Below, one piece after another: positions 60,174-64,000 of a stretch of 64,000 nt of DNA. Within the stretch, counting starts at the first letter, position 1; every line of letters begins with the position of its first letter. Below the pieces are notes generated by a model. The model did not search any database, was not told where the DNA came from, and was given only the letters and a program-made list of their open reading frames with translations. The stretch covers positions 576,001 to 640,000 of the forward strand of contig OY760183.1 of the NCBI GenBank assembly GCA_963663275.1, given 5' to 3'. The position numbers and the translations under genes are program-made. The stretch is from Chloroflexota bacterium (lineage in GTDB: Bacteria; Chloroflexota; UBA11872; VXOZ01).

Positions 60174-60955
60174 CTGCGTTGCCTAAGCACTACCGAAACC
60201 GAATTGTCAACGACGATGTGATGGCCGTCCTACGCGATTTGCCGGACGGGTGCGTTGATATGGTGTACGGGGATCCCGACTACAATGTCGGCATCAAGTA
60301 CGATGGAAGGTCGTTTACGTCTTCGTGGGACGAGTACGTCGAGTGGTACGTGGCACTAGTCAGGGAGTCGCTGCGCGTCCTGCGGCCTGACGGCAACATG
60401 TTCTTCATCAACTATCCGCGTCAAAATGCATACCTTCGCGTAAACTACCTGGACGAGCACGCCTATGCCGTGCACGACTATGCTTGGGTGTTCAACACCA
60501 ACGTCGGCCACAGCCCCCGCCGGTTCACTACGGCCCATCGCTCGATACTGCACGCCACCAAGTCCAAGCACAACCGGTTTTACACGGAGCAAATTGCAGA
60601 CCGCGCGGCAACCCTACCGCCTCCCGAACAAGAAGAAAGCACAGACCAAGAACAAGACGGTCAAATGCCCTATTCCTGGCTTTACTTCAATCTAGTTAAG
60701 AATGTGTCCCGACAGAAGACCGATCATCCTTGCCAAATCCCCGAGGGACTCTCGGAACTGCTTATCAAGTCGTGCACTGTGCCCGGAGACTCGGTTTTCA
60801 TCCTTTTTGGCGGCAGCGGTTCGGAGGTCGTTCAAGCGCAAAGCCTCGGCCGCGTCTTTCTCTCCTGCGAACTCCAGCCGCGATTCTTTGCGCTCATTGA
60901 GAGCCGGCTGCGGGACGGCGGCGCAATCCACGAGCAATTTCGTCTCCCGGTCTAG
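60170..60955 (+). CDS. Beta-class N4/N6 DNA methyltransferase
   Basis: DPDY motif IV, HPCQIP, LFGGSGS motif I. Confidence 0.8.
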   Translation: MTALPKHYRNRIVNDDVMAVLRDLPDGCVDMVYGDPDYNVGIKYDGRSFTSSWDEYVEWYVALVRESLRVLRPDGNMFFINYPRQNAYLRVNYLDEHAYAVHDYAWVFNTNVGHSPRRFTTAHRSILHATKSKHNRFYTEQIADRAATLPPPEQEESTDQEQDGQMPYSWLYFNLVKNVSRQKTDHPCQIPEGLSELLIKSCTVPGDSVFILFGGSGSEVVQAQSLGRVFLSCELQPRFFALIESRLRDGGAIHEQFRLPV

Positions 60956-61195
60956 CGCAATTGCCAACATGCTGGCGAACCGATTTCCATTGCTGTCAAA
61001 GTTACCTAATGGCAGTACGGGAGCGGCAAGTACGGAACGGCCAACACAGTCTACGCGACCTTGGGCACTATCGATACGCCGGCGTTGCGTTATCCGGCAT
61101 TGAGCGAATACGTAGAGTTGCCGGGCGCGGTCTATGGCACAATCCGCGCCTGGTGGCGTATACTGATTGCGCACAGTGCCGGAAAGGGAAGTACG

Positions 61196-61471
61196 ATGGT
61201 CGCGCCAGATCTGGATTCCATTCGGCCTTGTGAAGACGAATGTGGTTGTCCGCAAAAACACTACCACCTGCTTATTCCAGATTATGACGATGAGATAGAA
61301 GAAGAACAGGCGTATCCGGGCGGCATCAAGCCGGGGCGGTACAACTGGGACGCCCTAGTTAACTTACTGCGCTACCACAAAGGCAACCCGGACTCTATTC
61401 AGTTCATCGCTGACATGCTGGATGGGTTGGAAGAGATGGAGCAGTTTAGGCTACGCATGGCGCATAGTTGA
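61196..61471 (+). CDS. Small hypothetical protein
   Basis: AAGGGA RBS before ATG 61196; acidic; start uncertain. Confidence 0.45.
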   Translation: MVAPDLDSIRPCEDECGCPQKHYHLLIPDYDDEIEEEQAYPGGIKPGRYNWDALVNLLRYHKGNPDSIQFIADMLDGLEEMEQFRLRMAHS

Positions 61472-61522
61472 CCGTTGACGACGTGCCTGGGTCGTGTTTT
61501 GGCATTTTCAAGGTAGGAGCCA

Positions 61523-62392
61523 GTGAGCAGCGTTCCGGCAATACGCCTCAGTCCCTATACTGGACAACCGTTCCTGAAGTGGGCCGGCGGCAAGACCCAG
61601 TTGCTCACGCAACTTGAGCGGTTCTTTCCCACAGAGTGGGAATCGTACTTTGAGCCATTCACCGGCAGCGCCGCTGTTTTCTTCTATTTGCGCAGAACAC
61701 GAGGCGAGTTTCCTGCTACGTTGATGGATTACAACGAGGAACTGGTTAATTGCTTCACAGTCGTGCGCGATGACGTTGATAGGCTCATCCCATTGCTGGA
61801 ACAACATCGGGACAGTCATGGAAAAAGAGCGTATTACGCACTGCGGAGGAAACAACCTCGAGACCTTCCCAGGGTCCCGCGGGCGGCCCGCCTCATGTAC
61901 ATGAACAAAGTCTGCTACAACGGCTTGTATCGAGTGAATGCCAACGGCGAATTCAACGTGCCCATGGGGTCGTATAAGAATCCGCGCATCTTCGAAGAGG
62001 GTGCTCTATATGCCGCGTCACACGCGCTCAAAGGAACCAACCTGCTAGCGGACGACTTCAGCAAAGTCCTCGATCTGGCCAAACCAGCGGACTTTATCTA
62101 CTTCGACCCGCCGTATTATAGTGATTCTGGAGGCTTTACCGGGTACGCCGTAACCTCAGCGGGAAGCGCTACTTTCGGAGCGGAGGATCATTGGCGCCTC
62201 TGTGAAGTGGTAACAGAACTGACTGAACGTGGCTGCCACGTTGTGCTAAGTAACAGCAATACCGATTACATACGCCAACTCTACCGAGACTTCTCGATAC
62301 ATGAGGTCTTGGCGAAAAGGGCCATCAACCGCAATGGTTCAGGCCGGGGGCCGGTAACGGAACTGGTAATAACCAATCATGGCCTCAGATAA
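61523..62392 (+). CDS. Dam/DpnM-family DNA adenine methyltransferase
   Basis: PFLKWAGGK, EPFTGS, YNGLYRVN..GEFNVPMG, DPPY and LSNS motifs. Confidence 0.92.
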   Translation: MSSVPAIRLSPYTGQPFLKWAGGKTQLLTQLERFFPTEWESYFEPFTGSAAVFFYLRRTRGEFPATLMDYNEELVNCFTVVRDDVDRLIPLLEQHRDSHGKRAYYALRRKQPRDLPRVPRAARLMYMNKVCYNGLYRVNANGEFNVPMGSYKNPRIFEEGALYAASHALKGTNLLADDFSKVLDLAKPADFIYFDPPYYSDSGGFTGYAVTSAGSATFGAEDHWRLCEVVTELTERGCHVVLSNSNTDYIRQLYRDFSIHEVLAKRAINRNGSGRGPVTELVITNHGLR

Positions 62393-63266
62393 GATTCCCT
62401 CAATCAAGGTTCCTCAAGCAGACCGGCTAGACCGCGTTGAACAACTCATCGCGCTCGTTGACGCCGGAATTGAGGAGAACGACGATCTTGCGGTACGCAT
62501 GGGATTCGACAGACGTCAAGTCCTTTACTATAAGCAAGCAGCGTGCATCCTCGACTTTGCCGTATCCGACAGTGAGCAAGCTTTTGAACTAACTGATAAA
62601 GGCAGAGCATTCCTTAAGGCCGTTCGACCAGACCAGAAGCAACTGCTTCTCTCCGAGGCAGTGCGAGAGTGCGAAGTCGTTAAGGAGTTGTTGGGGCTTT
62701 ACACAGAGTCCGAACTGAACAGGAACACCATCACTCGTTTTCTGACACAAGAAGCCGAAATATCAGGCACTACACCGGAAAGGCGTGCCTCTACTCTTAT
62801 TGCGTGGCTAAAGTATGCAATCCAACTTGACCCGGAGAGTTATCCCTCACTCGCTCAAAATGCGGCCATAGAGGCGCCCAAGAAACATCGGAGGTTTAGC
62901 CGCGGTAGAGAGGGCCCTTTGCATCTTGGCTTGAAAGAAGGTGTTGCAGAGAATCCGTCTTTGCTTGAAGAAGGCCTCACGCTTATACAATTGGAGTACC
63001 CATTCCCCACCAACGACCGTGCGGACATTCTCTTTATTGACGCTAACGAGCGCTTCCTGGGAGTCGAGGTGGAGGTAGATGTTGGCGCGGTAGACGTTGT
63101 AGGGCTTATGCAAGCTGTCAAGTACAAGGCTATGCTAGCGTTACAGTTTGATGTTGGTTATGAAGACGTGCGCGGGATGCTGGTCGCTCGCAGTATTCAC
63201 CCCCGAATGCAAAAGCGGGCAGAGCGATACAACATCGACACACGCGAGATTACGTCAATAATCTGA
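62379..63266 (+). CDS. wHTH domain fused to NucS-like PD-(D/E)xK endonuclease
   Basis: PQAD..RQ..YY..A...LT.KG...T..RRAST..W; then LEEGL....EY....RADIL..D......EVE...Q..KY. Confidence 0.65.
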   Translation: MASDKIPSIKVPQADRLDRVEQLIALVDAGIEENDDLAVRMGFDRRQVLYYKQAACILDFAVSDSEQAFELTDKGRAFLKAVRPDQKQLLLSEAVRECEVVKELLGLYTESELNRNTITRFLTQEAEISGTTPERRASTLIAWLKYAIQLDPESYPSLAQNAAIEAPKKHRRFSRGREGPLHLGLKEGVAENPSLLEEGLTLIQLEYPFPTNDRADILFIDANERFLGVEVEVDVGAVDVVGLMQAVKYKAMLALQFDVGYEDVRGMLVARSIHPRMQKRAERYNIDTREITSII

Positions 63267-63321
63267 TGATCGCAGAATTCCGTCTAAACGGGAATTGAAT
63301 CCCCCTGGGTAGGAGAGAGGC

Positions 63322-64000
63322 GTGAACTACACGCGCATTGCGGTGACAGGCATCGGGGCGGTGACCCCGTTGGGGCATAGCGTGGCGGAGTCGTGGGATA
63401 ACCTCTGCGCGGGGGTTTCCGGCATCGCGCACACTGCGGGCTACGATGCCACTGACTTCCCGGTGCAAATCTCCGGCGAAGTGAATGGGTTCGACCCCAA
63501 CGCGGTCTTCAAGGGGTTGCCGCGCCGCATCTACAACGACGCGCGCCGGCAGGACCGGACGCACCAGTATGCGCTGGCCGCCTCCCTGGAGGCGCTGGCT
63601 CACTCCGGTTTGCCCCTGCCCTTGCCGGAAGAGTTGCAATTCCGTTGCGGCGTGGTTTCCGGCAATTGTCTCGGCGGCGTGACCAACGTGGAATCGGCGT
63701 CCCAGCGCACGGGCCGGGGCGAGTTCAGTACGTTCCTGCCCAGCGAGGTGCTGCGGATAATGCCCAACGCCGCCACCGCGCTCATCGCGGCGGCCGTTCG
63801 CGCGCGCGGTCCCAATTTCACGCCCGCCGTCGCCTGCGCCACCGGCACGATTGCCATGGGCGAGGCCATGTGGATGCTGCTCACCGGACGCGCCGACGTG
63901 ATGGTGGCCTGCGGGTCCGACGGCGTGGTGGTGCCGACGGTGACGGCGGTGTTCGCGGCCCGCGGCGGCCCCATGAGCCGCCGCAACGACGATCCCCAGC
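63322..64000 (+). CDS. Beta-ketoacyl-ACP synthase (FabF-like), truncated by window end
   Basis: IAVTGIGAVTPLG, G.SGI, MPNAA, GPN, ACATG active-site Cys; not in the supplied ORF list because there is no stop in the window. Confidence 0.85.
   Translation, partial: MNYTRIAVTGIGAVTPLGHSVAESWDNLCAGVSGIAHTAGYDATDFPVQISGEVNGFDPNAVFKGLPRRIYNDARRQDRTHQYALAASLEALAHSGLPLPLPEELQFRCGVVSGNCLGGVTNVESASQRTGRGEFSTFLPSEVLRIMPNAATALIAAAVRARGPNFTPAVACATGTIAMGEAMWMLLTGRADVMVACGSDGVVVPTVTAVFAARGGPMSRRNDDPQ

Overview
High-GC bacterial chromosomal window, probably Chloroflexota (inferred from the Tat-lipoprotein solute-binding protein style, caa3 oxidase operon, long NadA and PaREP1-like gene; possibly a host-associated lineage). 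Housekeeping genes include pabB and a pabC-like aminotransferase, tRNA-Tyr and tRNA-Asp, nadA, coxBACD-ctaG, parAB, aroQ, leuB, rnj, ftsK and the start of a fabF-like gene. They are interleaved with catabolic enzymes, a tandem pair of ERG4/ERG24-family sterol reductases, and several lower-GC accessory cassettes. Four DNA methyltransferases occur in three loci: a Dam-like MTase + ParB/Srx-fold + PD-(D/E)xK three-gene candidate defence system sitting behind a decayed marR duplicate, an XamI-family RM pair, and a double MTase/nuclease locus near 59-63 kb. Intergenic DNA is packed with GTAG-REP hairpin families, short tandem repeats, and three families of non-autonomous elements with IS-like terminal inverted repeats and target duplications that carry REP hairpins and nest inside each other. 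No CRISPR array, transposase or integrase was seen. All family assignments are by motif recognition; no searches were run.
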